Shown here one piece after another: positions 11,162 to 21,100 of a stretch of 64,000 nt of DNA (positions within the stretch are counted from its first letter, which is position 1; each line of letters starts with the position of its first letter). This DNA comes from Candidatus Parcubacteria bacterium. Lineage in GTDB: Bacteria; Patescibacteriota; Minisyncoccia; Phycocordibacterales; UBA2100. Below the pieces are notes generated by a model. That model searched no databases. It was not told the origin of the DNA and worked only from the letters and a program-made list of their open reading frames with translations. The translations under genes were made by a program, and so were the position numbers. Where the stretch lies: positions 88-64,087 of the forward strand of contig QZJK01000001.1 in NCBI GenBank assembly GCA_003599295.1. The letters are read 5' to 3'.

Positions 11162-11189
11162 ATTTTATCATCCCCCGCTTCCCCGTCAA
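11162..11189 (-). promoter_or_regulatory. Sigma-70 promoter for rpoBC
   Basis: Minus strand TTGACG-N16-TAAAAT with TG extended -10, about 180 nt upstream of the rpoB ATG. Confidence 0.6.
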
Positions 11190-11221
11190 GCTTGACATGA
11201 GCTCAAGATTGTTGTCTATCG

Positions 11222-11875
11222 CTATTTTGAGGTTTTTCCGCCCTTCTTCCCTATTTTCCAAGCATCGATATTCGCGTGATGTCCGGACAAAAGCACTTTC
11301 GGTACGCGGTATTTTTTCCCCTTCCACGCAAGCACTTCGGGGCGCGTGTAGACTTTCGGACTCGATACGCGCGAACGTTCGAGCGATTCCGCTTTTCCAA
11401 GAACGCCGGGAACGAAGCGCGACACGGCGTCGATGAGCGCCGCCGCCGGAAGTTCTCCGCCGGTCAACACGAACGGCCCCATGGAGATTTTTTTCGCTTT
11501 AAGAATGGAGGCGACGCGCTCGTCCACTCCTTCGTAGTGCCCGCAAATAAGAAGAATGTCTTTTTGTTTCGAGAATTTCTTCGCAAGGATCTCGCTGAAT
11601 TGCTCGCCATCCGTTGAAAAGAATATGTTCGCCGAGCGCTTCTTCCCCACCGCTTTTTCCGCTGCCCGCAGCATCGCATCCGGTTCTAAGACCATGCCGG
11701 GCCCCCCGCCGTACGGACGCCGGTCTACGCGTCCGTATTTATCGCGCGTGAACTTCTTCGGGTCGTAGAATGAGATCTTTACCTTTTTATCCTTCTGTGC
11801 GCGGCCGAGTATAGAGCTTTTCAGGTAGGGTTCGATAGCCTCCGGAAAGAGGGTGATGATATGGAAATGGAGCAT
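11222..11875 (-). CDS. trmD: tRNA (guanine-N1)-methyltransferase
   Basis: ITLFPE, VDRRPYGGGPGMVL, LICGHYEGVDER, SMGPFVLTGGE, YTRP, VPKVLLSGHH. Confidence 0.96.
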   Translation of the reverse strand: MLHFHIITLFPEAIEPYLKSSILGRAQKDKKVKISFYDPKKFTRDKYGRVDRRPYGGGPGMVLEPDAMLRAAEKAVGKKRSANIFFSTDGEQFSEILAKKFSKQKDILLICGHYEGVDERVASILKAKKISMGPFVLTGGELPAAALIDAVSRFVPGVLGKAESLERSRVSSPKVYTRPEVLAWKGKKYRVPKVLLSGHHANIDAWKIGKKGGKTSK

Positions 11876-11913
11876 ATGCTTGGGGCCGGCCCTATCCCCT
11901 TTTAGGGCTGGTT

Positions 11914-12231
11914 CTACTGACCGTTCTTAAGATCTGCGATGACGTCGTCCACCGAGCGGTCCGGTGCGTAGTTGCCGCGCTCGCTTCCTTCCGGTTCCTC
12001 GATCTTGAGATTCACGCGCGCGTCGTTCTTCATCCCGACGATGCGAAGAACGGTGCGGATGGCTTTCGCCGTCTGGCCGCTCCGGCCGATTATCTTTCCC
12101 ATGTCGTCTTTATTGACGGAGAGTGTAAGAAGAACACCCATCTCGTCGACGGTGCGGTTTATCTTGACGTCGTTCGGATTATCAACGAGCGCTTTTACGA
12201 CGTAGTCCAAAAATTGCTGGTCCTGTTCCAT
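11914..12231 (-). CDS. khpA: KH-domain RNA-binding protein KhpA (YlqC family)
   Basis: VKALVDNP, DDMGKIIGRSGQTAKAIRTVL; located between rpsP and trmD. Confidence 0.9.
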   Translation of the reverse strand: MEQDQQFLDYVVKALVDNPNDVKINRTVDEMGVLLTLSVNKDDMGKIIGRSGQTAKAIRTVLRIVGMKNDARVNLKIEEPEGSERGNYAPDRSVDDVIADLKNGQ

Positions 12232-12267
12232 AACGGGAGGCTATTTGTAATTCTATCCAGTATAGCA

Positions 12268-12660
12268 CTACTCCTGCTTCGCTTCTGCAACCTCGGGGGA
12301 TGCAGGTGTTTCTGCGGGTACTTCGGCTGGTGCCTCCGCGGGAACCGCGGCAGGAGCGCTGCTTTCGGGTGCGGCCTCGGCTTTCGGAGGAGATTTACGA
12401 GGAAGGACGTTGACCTTCTTGCCCTGAACGATGCTCGCCGAGACGAGCATATTGTGCATGGTGCCGGATGCCTTCGCTCCGACGGAGAGCCAGTACTTGA
12501 TGCGTTCCGTGTTCAAAATGCGCTCTTTCGTCTTCGGATTGTAGGAGCCGAGTTTCTCAAGAAAATTGCCCGCCTTCGGAGAACGCGTGTGTTCGGTAAC
12601 GACAATGCGGTACGTGGGCATGTTTATGCGCCCTGTCCTTTGCATTCGTATTTTCAACAT
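12268..12660 (-). CDS. rpsP: 30S ribosomal protein S16 with Ala/Pro/Glu-rich tail
   Basis: MLKIRMQRTGR...YRIVV...LEKLGSYNP...YWLSVGAKAS. Confidence 0.96.
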   Translation of the reverse strand: MLKIRMQRTGRINMPTYRIVVTEHTRSPKAGNFLEKLGSYNPKTKERILNTERIKYWLSVGAKASGTMHNMLVSASIVQGKKVNVLPRKSPPKAEAAPESSAPAAVPAEAPAEVPAETPASPEVAEAKQE

Positions 12661-12702
12661 AACCGCGCCAATGTACCAGAAAATCAGGAAACTTCAAGCC
12701 GA

Positions 12703-14916
12703 TTACTTTGCTACCCTCTCGGCCTCCTCCAATTTCACCGAGAGTAGTTTCGACACGCCGTCCGAGCCCATTGTGACGCCGTAGAGCTCGCCCGCGGCGG
12801 CCATGGTCGCGCGGTTGTGCGAGATAACAATGAGCTGAGACTTTGCGCCGAGCTCCACTATCATATCGGCATAGCGGCGGCTGTTCGCTTCATCGAGCGC
12901 GGCGTCGGTCTCGTCGAGTATCAAAAACGGCGGCGGATTGACCTGTGTCATGGAGAAAATGAGCGCGATGGACGTGAGCGCCCGCTCGCCGCCGGAAAGC
13001 ACTTCGAGTCCGCGTATCTTTTTGCGCGGAATGGAGACGGATATGGAAAGCCCGGCATAAAGCGTCTCCTCTTCAGGCACCTCATCCTCGCCTTCCTCAT
13101 CTTCGTCTTCACCGGGCATATGAGCCGCTTTTCTGCGGGGTGCTTCGACGATAAGTTTTGCCGTGCCTCCGCCGAACAGTTTCTCGAAGAACGCCTTCAG
13201 CGCCTCGTTTATTTGTTTGAGGCCGTCATGGAAACGTGCATCTATCGTCTTCTCCAATTCGACGATGATGTCTTTGAGTGATGCCGCTGACTTCTCGAGG
13301 TCGTCGAGCTCGCGTGCAAGGAATTCCTCGCGTTCTTTCGTCTGCGTAAACTCCTTGATGACGGCATCGCCATTCCCTATCCCCGATTCCTCTATCTTTA
13401 TCTTGAGTCGTTCGATATCGCGGCGGCGTTTTTCCTGCACGGACCGCTCTTCGGAAAGCGCTCCTTCCGGTATCCCTGCCGATTTCCAATCGCCGATAGG
13501 GATTCCAAGCGCGACGCACTCGCGCACCTCTTCGTCAAACCGCCGCTTTGCTTCAGCGATGTTCGTGCGGGCCATTTGGATGGAAGAGAGCTTCCCCTGC
13601 GCCTCGCGAACGGATGACTCCAATTCGACGAGGTCGCGCTCTGCGGTGAATCCTTGTTCGCGCACTTCGGCTATCTTCTGACGGAAACTTTCGAGTTCCC
13701 CTGCGAGTGATTCTTCCTCTTTTTGGACGCGAGAGAGCGAGTCTGATAGAGATTTTATGCGCTCCTCAACTTCCTTATTCGTGTGCGGCGCGTAGCTCGT
13801 GAGCCCGTCGACGAACGCTTTGATACGACCCCTGACAGATGCAAGTATTTTACGGACCGATGCAATATCGTCTGTACTTTCCGCTTCCGCGATACTTTCT
13901 TCTATTTCACGCGTAAAGGTGCGCACATGAGGCACCGCGACTATCTGCTCCACGGTCACGTTCGTTGTTTGGAGGGCGCCCTCAGCACGGCCCAGTTCGC
14001 GCGCGAGCTCCTCGCTCTTTCGGCGCGCATCCGAGAGCTTTTTCTCGCGCTCGGCTATCGTTGTCTGCAGTTCCGCTATCGCACTGCCCCCCTTTCCGGA
14101 AGACGTGCTTGTTTTCCCGCGAGCGGCTTCAACGCGGCTGGAAAGCGATTTAAGCGCTGCTTCTTCCGCGCGCGCCTCTTCGGCGAGCCGCGCATCCTCC
14201 TGGCTTATCCACGCGTGCTCGCGAGCGAGATAGTCGTTCAATTTCACCGCAAGGTCTTCTTTCAGTTCGCGCGCCTTCTCAAGTTTCTGCACCTGCGAGC
14301 GCAAGAAATTCAGGTGCGGCGCGATCTCCCGGCGAAGCGATTTCGTCTTTTCGATATTCACGCCGGTCTCTTCAAGTTTGCGCTCGCTTTCGGCTTTTTT
14401 GTGTTGGTAGAGTTTGAGGCCGAGCGCGTCTTCCACCATTTCCCGCCGCTCGCGCGGGCTCGCATTCAAGACCCTGTCCGCCTCGCCCTGCGAGATTATC
14501 TGGTATCCCGAGCCGCCGATATTCGCGCCCGCGAGCAAACGTATGACGTCCTTTAAGCGCACCTGTGTCCCGTTCAAGAGGTACTCATTCTGCCCGTCGC
14601 GATAGACGACGCGTTCTATCGTGACCTCCTTAAAGTCAATATCGAGAAGGCGCTTCGAGTTGTCGAAGATTACTTTGACCGCGCCGCGATTCGCACGCGG
14701 CTGTGCGGGCGAGCCGCCCCAAATGAGGTCCTCACCGCGCTTGGAGCGCATGGATTTCATTGATTGCTCGCCAAGTACGAAGCGGAACGCCTCGGCGACG
14801 TTCGATTTTCCCGAGCCGTTGGGCCCTACGATAGCGGCAATGGGGCTTCCGAACCGCAGTTCAGTTTTCTTTCCGAACGACTTGAACCCCGCAAGTTCGA
14901 TGGATTTGAGGTACAT
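12703..14916 (-). CDS. smc: SMC-family chromosome segregation ATPase, short form (737 aa)
   Basis: LAGFKSF, Walker A GPNGSGKSN, Q-loop IISQG, signature LSGGE, Walker B LILDETDAALD, coiled coils; adjacent to rnc. Confidence 0.88.
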   Translation of the reverse strand: MYLKSIELAGFKSFGKKTELRFGSPIAAIVGPNGSGKSNVAEAFRFVLGEQSMKSMRSKRGEDLIWGGSPAQPRANRGAVKVIFDNSKRLLDIDFKEVTIERVVYRDGQNEYLLNGTQVRLKDVIRLLAGANIGGSGYQIISQGEADRVLNASPRERREMVEDALGLKLYQHKKAESERKLEETGVNIEKTKSLRREIAPHLNFLRSQVQKLEKARELKEDLAVKLNDYLAREHAWISQEDARLAEEARAEEAALKSLSSRVEAARGKTSTSSGKGGSAIAELQTTIAEREKKLSDARRKSEELARELGRAEGALQTTNVTVEQIVAVPHVRTFTREIEESIAEAESTDDIASVRKILASVRGRIKAFVDGLTSYAPHTNKEVEERIKSLSDSLSRVQKEEESLAGELESFRQKIAEVREQGFTAERDLVELESSVREAQGKLSSIQMARTNIAEAKRRFDEEVRECVALGIPIGDWKSAGIPEGALSEERSVQEKRRRDIERLKIKIEESGIGNGDAVIKEFTQTKEREEFLARELDDLEKSAASLKDIIVELEKTIDARFHDGLKQINEALKAFFEKLFGGGTAKLIVEAPRRKAAHMPGEDEDEEGEDEVPEEETLYAGLSISVSIPRKKIRGLEVLSGGERALTSIALIFSMTQVNPPPFLILDETDAALDEANSRRYADMIVELGAKSQLIVISHNRATMAAAGELYGVTMGSDGVSKLLSVKLEEAERVAK

Positions 14917-14927
14917 TGACCTTCATT

Positions 14928-15617
14928 TTACCAGCCTTTGGCGACTAATGCCTTTTGCGCTGCGTCCTGTTCGGCTTCCTGTTTCGCGCGGCCTTCGCCG
15001 GTCGCCACCTTCTCCTTGCCGATGTAGGCACCGACGACGAAGCGTTTGTCGTGGTCAGGGCCTGTCTGATCGAGAAGCTTATACGCGGGCGTAATGCCAT
15101 GTTTTTCTTGCGACAACTCCTGGAAACGGCTCTTCGCGTCCTGCCAGAGCCGCTTTGAGACAACGTCGTCGGTCTTGTGGAAGAGCTGTTCGGCGATGAA
15201 TTTCTTTGCGTCTTCGTATCCGGAATCTAGATATATAGCGCCGATGAGAGCTTCGAACGCGTTCGCAAGTATTATTTGCCGCGCCCGTCCCGTGTCGCGC
15301 GCTTCACCGCGCGAGAGGTATAGAAATTCGTTCATGCCGAGTTTTCCTGCGGCATCCGCGATGCTTTGCGTATTTACGAGCGCCGCTCGATAAGCGGTCA
15401 GGTCCCCTTCCGGCTTCTCCGGATATTTCGAGTAGAGAAATTCTGTAACGACAAGCTCGAGAACGGCGTCGCCGAGGAATTCGAGACGCTCGTTGTGCTC
15501 GCGCCCCGCTTCGCGGTTCTCATTCAAATACGAGCGGTGCGTGAACGCCTGCTCGAGGAGCCGTTTTTCTGTGAAAGAGTGTCCGATTCGTTTCTCGAAT
15601 TCTGGAAGTTCGGCCAT
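14928..15617 (-). CDS. rnc: Ribonuclease III
   Basis: AFTHRSY, NERLEFLGDAVL, ANAFEALIGAIYLD, dsRBD DAKSRFQE...GPDHDKRF...AEQDAA. Confidence 0.97.
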   Translation of the reverse strand: MAELPEFEKRIGHSFTEKRLLEQAFTHRSYLNENREAGREHNERLEFLGDAVLELVVTEFLYSKYPEKPEGDLTAYRAALVNTQSIADAAGKLGMNEFLYLSRGEARDTGRARQIILANAFEALIGAIYLDSGYEDAKKFIAEQLFHKTDDVVSKRLWQDAKSRFQELSQEKHGITPAYKLLDQTGPDHDKRFVVGAYIGKEKVATGEGRAKQEAEQDAAQKALVAKGW

Positions 15618-15625
15618 GGCAGAGA

Positions 15626-16537
15626 TTATTTAGAGCCTTTCTGGGCAAGAATATTTATCGCTCTCGTAACGACCGGCAGGATATCGTCGTAGAAATTGAG
15701 GTCGCCGACAGAGGCCAGCGGGAACCATTGTGCGTCATCGAGACCGCCTGCCCTTTTGAGCATAAGGTCGCGGAAATCGCCGCATGCGAGGAAGTATGTC
15801 GCGTGCCGGCGCTTCTTGCCGCCGGATTCACCATCATTGGCGATGTATTCGTTCTCTCCCAGTTTGTCTTCGACGGAAACCTCAAGGCCCACTTCCTCCT
15901 TCACCTTTCTTACGACTCCGTCTTCGTGCGATTCGCCGTCTTGAAGCCGTCCCTTTGAGAGCGTCCAATGGCCGAAAATGTCATGCACAAGCGCGAGGTA
16001 GACTTCCCCGCCGTCCCGCGCGTAGACGACCGCGCCCACCAGCTTCTCGACCGGCATGGGGCCGGAGCGCCCTGCGTCTTTTTTGCGCGGCACACCCTCG
16101 GTCTTTCCCGGCTCCCCGAGCTCGATGTAGACAGCTCCGAGTACGCCGTTCACGAAGCGGCCTGATGAAGCGCTCCCGAATGTTTTCGCGAGCTCGATAG
16201 CTTCGTTTATGGCGACTTTTGCGGGCACTTGCGCGCGGTCCGCATACAATAATTCCGAGAGTCCGAGCCGAAGAATATTTCTGTCTATCGGCGCTATCTT
16301 TTCAAGCGGCCATTCCGGCGCGGCGCGTACGATGACTTCGTCTATCTCTCTCTGCTTTGCGATGGCCGTTTCGAGCAAGCTTTTCATGAACGGCAAGTCA
16401 GAATCGCGCGCGCCGAATTCTTGCGCGTAATCCGAAAGACGCGCCTCCGCCTCCGCGTTGGTCATCTTCCCCTGCGAGGAATCTCTTTCGAACAGTACTT
16501 GGAGGACAACTGAACGGGCGAGATGTCTATTGGCCAT
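15626..16537 (-). CDS. nusB: Transcription antitermination factor NusB fused to a C-terminal Nudix-fold domain
   Basis: MANRHLAR, IDRNILRLG, VAINEAIELAKTFG, FVNGVLG; then GAVVY...WTLSKG...GES...RKVKEEVGL. Confidence 0.92.
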   Translation of the reverse strand: MANRHLARSVVLQVLFERDSSQGKMTNAEAEARLSDYAQEFGARDSDLPFMKSLLETAIAKQREIDEVIVRAAPEWPLEKIAPIDRNILRLGLSELLYADRAQVPAKVAINEAIELAKTFGSASSGRFVNGVLGAVYIELGEPGKTEGVPRKKDAGRSGPMPVEKLVGAVVYARDGGEVYLALVHDIFGHWTLSKGRLQDGESHEDGVVRKVKEEVGLEVSVEDKLGENEYIANDGESGGKKRRHATYFLACGDFRDLMLKRAGGLDDAQWFPLASVGDLNFYDDILPVVTRAINILAQKGSK

Positions 16538-16595
16538 AAGGAACAGTATTCAGCGGAATGTGGGCACAAAGAGCAATGATGAGATCGAGTTTTTA

Positions 16596-16868
16596 TTATG
16601 TAGCGGTGGTTTCTTCTTTTTTAGTATCTGCTTGCTGGCCGGACTCGCGAAGCTCCTTTTGCTTCCGTGTTGCACGCCGAGCATCGCGCTTCGCGCGAGC
16701 GACGACGTCAATGACGATGCGGCCGTTGTACTTTCCGCACTCCGGGCACGCACGGTGAGAGAGACGAAGAGCGCCGCACTCGCATTTCGCGAGGCGGTCG
16801 GCTAGAAGCGCGTGATGGCTCCGCCTCTTGGCGGTCTGGGAACGATTTCGGCGCATTCGTACTACCAT
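16596..16868 (-). CDS. rpmF: 50S ribosomal protein L32 with basic C-terminal extension
   Basis: RRSHHAL...CECG...SHRACPECGKYNGR. Confidence 0.92.
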   Translation of the reverse strand: MVVRMRRNRSQTAKRRSHHALLADRLAKCECGALRLSHRACPECGKYNGRIVIDVVARAKRDARRATRKQKELRESGQQADTKKEETTAT

Positions 16869-16878
16869 ATGGCCGAGA

Positions 16879-17499
16879 TTATACAGAATTTTGGGCTATT
16901 CGCAATCCTCGGCAAAATGTCGCTCGATGAAGTTCAGAGAGGCCGTCTCGCGCGATGGCGCGCCGGTGCGCGAGCGTTCCGTAGCCTTTATGCTCTTCGA
17001 AACGGTATGCGGCATGCGTTTCTCCGAAATCTTCCATCAATCGGTCGCGCGATACCTTGGCGACGATGGAAGCGAGTGCTATCGCGGGAATAGTTTCGTC
17101 GCCTCGGATGAACGATTGCTGCCGCCAGCGAGATGGAGCCTTGAGCCCTGCATCAAGAAGCACTTCGACGTGCTCCGGTTCGGCGCCAAGAAGCGCGAGT
17201 GCGCTCGCGGTGGCCTCGTGCGCCGCGTTCACGATACCTATATGGTCAATAGTCTTTGCGTCAACGAACGCGCACGCATGGCGAAGGCGTCCATGCGCTG
17301 TGATGTGTTCATACAGAAGGTCGCGCTGTTGTGCGGTAAGCTGTTTTGAATCGCGAAGCCGAGGTGCCCCGCTCCGGGTGACGAGTTTGTAGAGTTCTTG
17401 CCAATCGAAATTCGACGGGAAGAGAACCGCGCCGACCGAGACCGGTCCTGCGAGGGCTCCCCGCCCTGCTTCGTCTATGCCGACGAGCAATCCTGACAC
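16879..17499 (-). CDS. rnhB: Ribonuclease HII
   Basis: GIDEAGRGALAGPV, DSKQL, IRGD, IALASIVAKVSRD, HKGYGT, HRATF. Confidence 0.96.
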   Translation of the reverse strand: MSGLLVGIDEAGRGALAGPVSVGAVLFPSNFDWQELYKLVTRSGAPRLRDSKQLTAQQRDLLYEHITAHGRLRHACAFVDAKTIDHIGIVNAAHEATASALALLGAEPEHVEVLLDAGLKAPSRWRQQSFIRGDETIPAIALASIVAKVSRDRLMEDFGETHAAYRFEEHKGYGTLAHRRAIARDGLSELHRATFCRGLRIAQNSV

Positions 17500-17568
17500 C
17501 TCTCAATAGTATCGCGAGCCGCGGGGAGTGAAGGCACTTATGCACTTCCTCTCCGCGGCTCAAGTGGG

Positions 17569-17778
17569 TCAGGCGCCGTTCCAGCTCGGATCGTCATTGA
17601 GCCGGGTCGGCGGTGTTCCCGTGATTCTTTCCCTCGGCGTCACGCCGGGAGGGAGGTTCTCGGATGGCACCTTGTCCACACCCGGAACCCCCTTGTCGAC
17701 TTCTTCCTGGGTCGGCCGCGGTCTGTACGGCCGGTCTTGCTTTTCCTCAGGACGGTCTCTGTCCATGGTCTTCGACAT
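17569..17778 (-). CDS. Small Pro/charged-rich hypothetical protein
   Basis: 69-aa ORF with strong SD (GAGGAGGG) and a downstream hairpin at about 17517-17560. Confidence 0.55.
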   Translation of the reverse strand: MSKTMDRDRPEEKQDRPYRPRPTQEEVDKGVPGVDKVPSENLPPGVTPRERITGTPPTRLNDDPSWNGA

Positions 17779-17802
17779 TTTCCCTCCTCGTTCAAGGTTC
17801 GC

Positions 17803-18018
17803 CTACGTCACAGTGCTTTTCGGCAACGGGAACGTTCCGCTCTTCTTGATGGCTTCGATTTCCTCCATCGTCAGCGGAGGTCTCTCCCTGAGCAACCGCG
17901 CTGTCTCATCGAGCACTGCGCGACGCCCAGGATCTCTGTTCCGCGTCGGAATTTCTTCCTCATCTACGAGCGGTTCACCTCGCCGACCTTTCGGACTACC
18001 GAGTTGCGAACTCATCAA
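17803..18018 (-). CDS. Small hypothetical protein
   Basis: 71-aa ORF with SD GGGAGG, tandem with 17569..17778 and divergent from dnaE. Confidence 0.5.
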   Translation of the reverse strand: MMSSQLGSPKGRRGEPLVDEEEIPTRNRDPGRRAVLDETARLLRERPPLTMEEIEAIKKSGTFPLPKSTVT

Positions 18019-18119
18019 AACCTCCCGTGTCGGATTTCGGCCCCGACTTTGCCTACTATCACTATAGCGCCTCTCCGCGGATTTTCTATACTCGATACTT
18101 CATACGCTATACTGTCGAA

Positions 18120-21100
18120 ATGAGTGCGCGTGATTTCGTCCATCTTCATACGCACAGCCACTACTCTCTTCTCGAAGCGCTCCCGAAAATATCCGAACTT
18201 GTCGCGGCCGCCAAAGCGGAAGGGCAAACGGCGCTGGCCTTGACTGACAACGGCAACCTCTACGGCGCCATCGAATTCTATAAAACGGCGAAGAAAAACG
18301 GCATCAAACCGATCGTCGGCGTCGATTTTTTCTTGGCACCCCGTACACGCCATGATAAAGAGCACGCGACAGACGAGCCGAAGGGGCGTCTCGTGCTTCT
18401 GGCGAAGAACGAGACGGGCTATCGGAATTTGATACAGCTCGTTTCGAAATCGCATCTTGAAGGTTTTTACGAACGGCCGCGCGTCGACAGAGAGCTCCTG
18501 GAATTGCATCGGGAAGGCGTCCTCGCCATTCTTCCTTCTCACGCCGGAGAACATGCATACGCACTCCGCCATGGCGATAAGGACCGGGCGGCGCAGACAT
18601 TCGAGTGGTATAAAAAATTGTACGGGGATGATTGCTTCGTTGAAATAACAAGGCATCCGGAAATAGACGGACACGATGCGCGCATGAAAAGCATCGAGGA
18701 AGCCGCACGCGCCGCAACACTGCCGCTCGTCGCCGCGCACGATGTCTACTATTTGAAGCGCGACGATGCGCTCGCGTGCGACCTCGTCAACAAGATACGC
18801 TCGGGCGGCGTTCTCGACCGCGATATCGAGATGGAGCCGCGCGATTTCTCGTTCCTCACGCGCACGCGGATAGGAGAGCTTTTCGAAGACCTCCCCGAGG
18901 CGGTCGAGAACGCCGCCCGCATTGCAAGCATGTGTGAACTCGAACTGGAGCTGGGTGCGTGGGTGTTCCCCGAATTCCCTCTTCCCGCCGGCCATACCGC
19001 AGACGGTGAACTGCGCGCGCTCGCAGAGGCGGGCTTCGGCGAGCGCAACATGCCGAAAACCGAAGTGGCGAAAACGCGAGTTGATTACGAACTTTCCATC
19101 ATTGAGAAAAAGGGCTATGCCTCGTACTTCCTCGTCGTTGCGGATCTGCTTCGCCACGCGCGCGAGGAGAAAATCCTCACGAACACCCGAGGCAGCGCCG
19201 CCGGTTCGCTGGTGTCCTACCTCACAGGCATCACGACAGTGGACCCTCTCGAATACAATCTGCCGTTCGAACGCTTCCTGAATCCTGAACGCCCGTCGCC
19301 GCCCGATATCGACATGGACCTCGCAGACAACCGACGTGACGAACTCATCGAGTACGTGCGGCAAAAGTATGGAAGCGAGAAAGTCGCGCAGATAGGCACG
19401 TTCGGCACCATGATGGCCCGCGCGGCGGTGCGCGATGTCGCGCGAGCGCTCGGGCACTCGTACGGCCTCGGCGACATCATCGCGAAATTGATACCATTCG
19501 GGAAGCAGGGATTCCCCGTTTCCATCGCGAGCTCGCTCGATGAAGTCCCAGAATTGGCGCAGGTGTATAAAAGCGACGCGTCGGCGCGCGAAATCCTAGA
19601 CCTCGCGCAAAAGATAGAAGGCAACGCGCGGCACGTCGGGGTGCACGCTGCAGGAGTCGTCATTTCCCCGACGGCAGTCACGGATTACGTGCCCATCCAA
19701 TTCGACCCGAAGGGCGGAAAAATGATCACGCAATACGATATGCACGCCGTCGAAAGCGCCGGTCTTCTCAAATTCGACTTCCTTGGCCTCACGAACCTTT
19801 CTGTCCTCGCAGACGCCGTCGCGCGCGTCCGCGAACGATTGAATACGGAAGTGGAGCTGGAGCGTTTGCCTCTCGATGACAAGAAGACGTATGAAATGCT
19901 CGCGCGGGGCGAGACGCACGGCGTCTTTCAACTCGCCTCCGGCGGCATGACGAATTACCTGACGGAACTTGAGCCGTCGAGCATACACGACATCAACGCT
20001 ATGGTGGCGCTCTACCGTCCCGGCCCAATGGCTTTCATTCCAGCCTATATCGAGCGCAAAAAGAATCCGAAGCTCGTGAAATATATCGACCCCGCGCTTG
20101 AGCCCATTTTGAAGCACACGTACGGCGTCATAACGTATCAGGACGACGTTCTTGAAATTGCGGTGAAGCTTGCCGGCTATAGCTGGCTCGAAGCCGACAC
20201 GTTCCGAAAAGCAATGGGTAAAAAGATACCCAAAGAAATGGAGGCGCAGAAAGAAAAATTCAAAGCGGGCTGCCTCGCGAATCATGTAAAGCCGGCCGTT
20301 GTACAAAAACTGTGGGAGCAAATAGAGACGTTCGCCGCGTACGGATTCAACAAAAGCCATGCCGCGAGCTACGGAAATCTTGCCTACAAGACGGCGTACA
20401 TGAAGGCGAACTACCCTGTGGACTACATGGCGGCGCTTCTCACTGCGGACGCAGGCGATGTCGACAAGGTCGGTGAGACTATCCGAGAATGCAAGCGCAT
20501 GGATATTGCGATACTTCCGCCGTCCGTGAATGAAAGCAAGGGCACATTCACCGCGCTCGATGACACGACCATCCGATTCGGGCTCTATTCAATCAAGAAC
20601 TTCGGGACGGGTGTCGCGGATTCCATTATTTCGGCCAGGGGAGAAAAGCCGTTCTCCGATATCGCGGATTTTCTTTCGCGCGTGTCGGACAAGAATCTCA
20701 ATAAAAAATCTCTGGAGTCCCTGATACAGTCGGGTGCGCTTGACGAACTTGGCGAGCGCGGAGAACTGCTCGCGAATATAGACCTGCTTCTCGAATACCA
20801 CCGTGAACACGTGAAATCGCCGAATCAGGATTCCCTTTTTGGCGCAACAGCGTTCGCGGGACACGCGGCGATGACATTGAAGAAAGCCGAACCGGCATCA
20901 TTAGAACAGCGCCTCGAATGGGAGAAGGATCTGCTCGGCCTCTACGTATCCGGGCATCCTCTGGATAAGCACAAGGCGAAATTCGCCGACCCAAAGAAAA
21001 GCATCAAGAACGCGAAAGAGCGATTGCGCGGCGTTGAGTGCGTCATTGCGGGATTCATCGAAAGCGCGCGCGTCAATACGACAAAGAACGGCGAGAGGAT

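Noticed and set aside
18015-19457. 480-aa antisense ORF (and similar long shadow ORFs at 9718..11145, 5804..6919, 2414..3400, 55475..56362)
   Set aside because: They lie opposite well-supported housekeeping genes; long shadow frames are expected at high GC and show no motifs.
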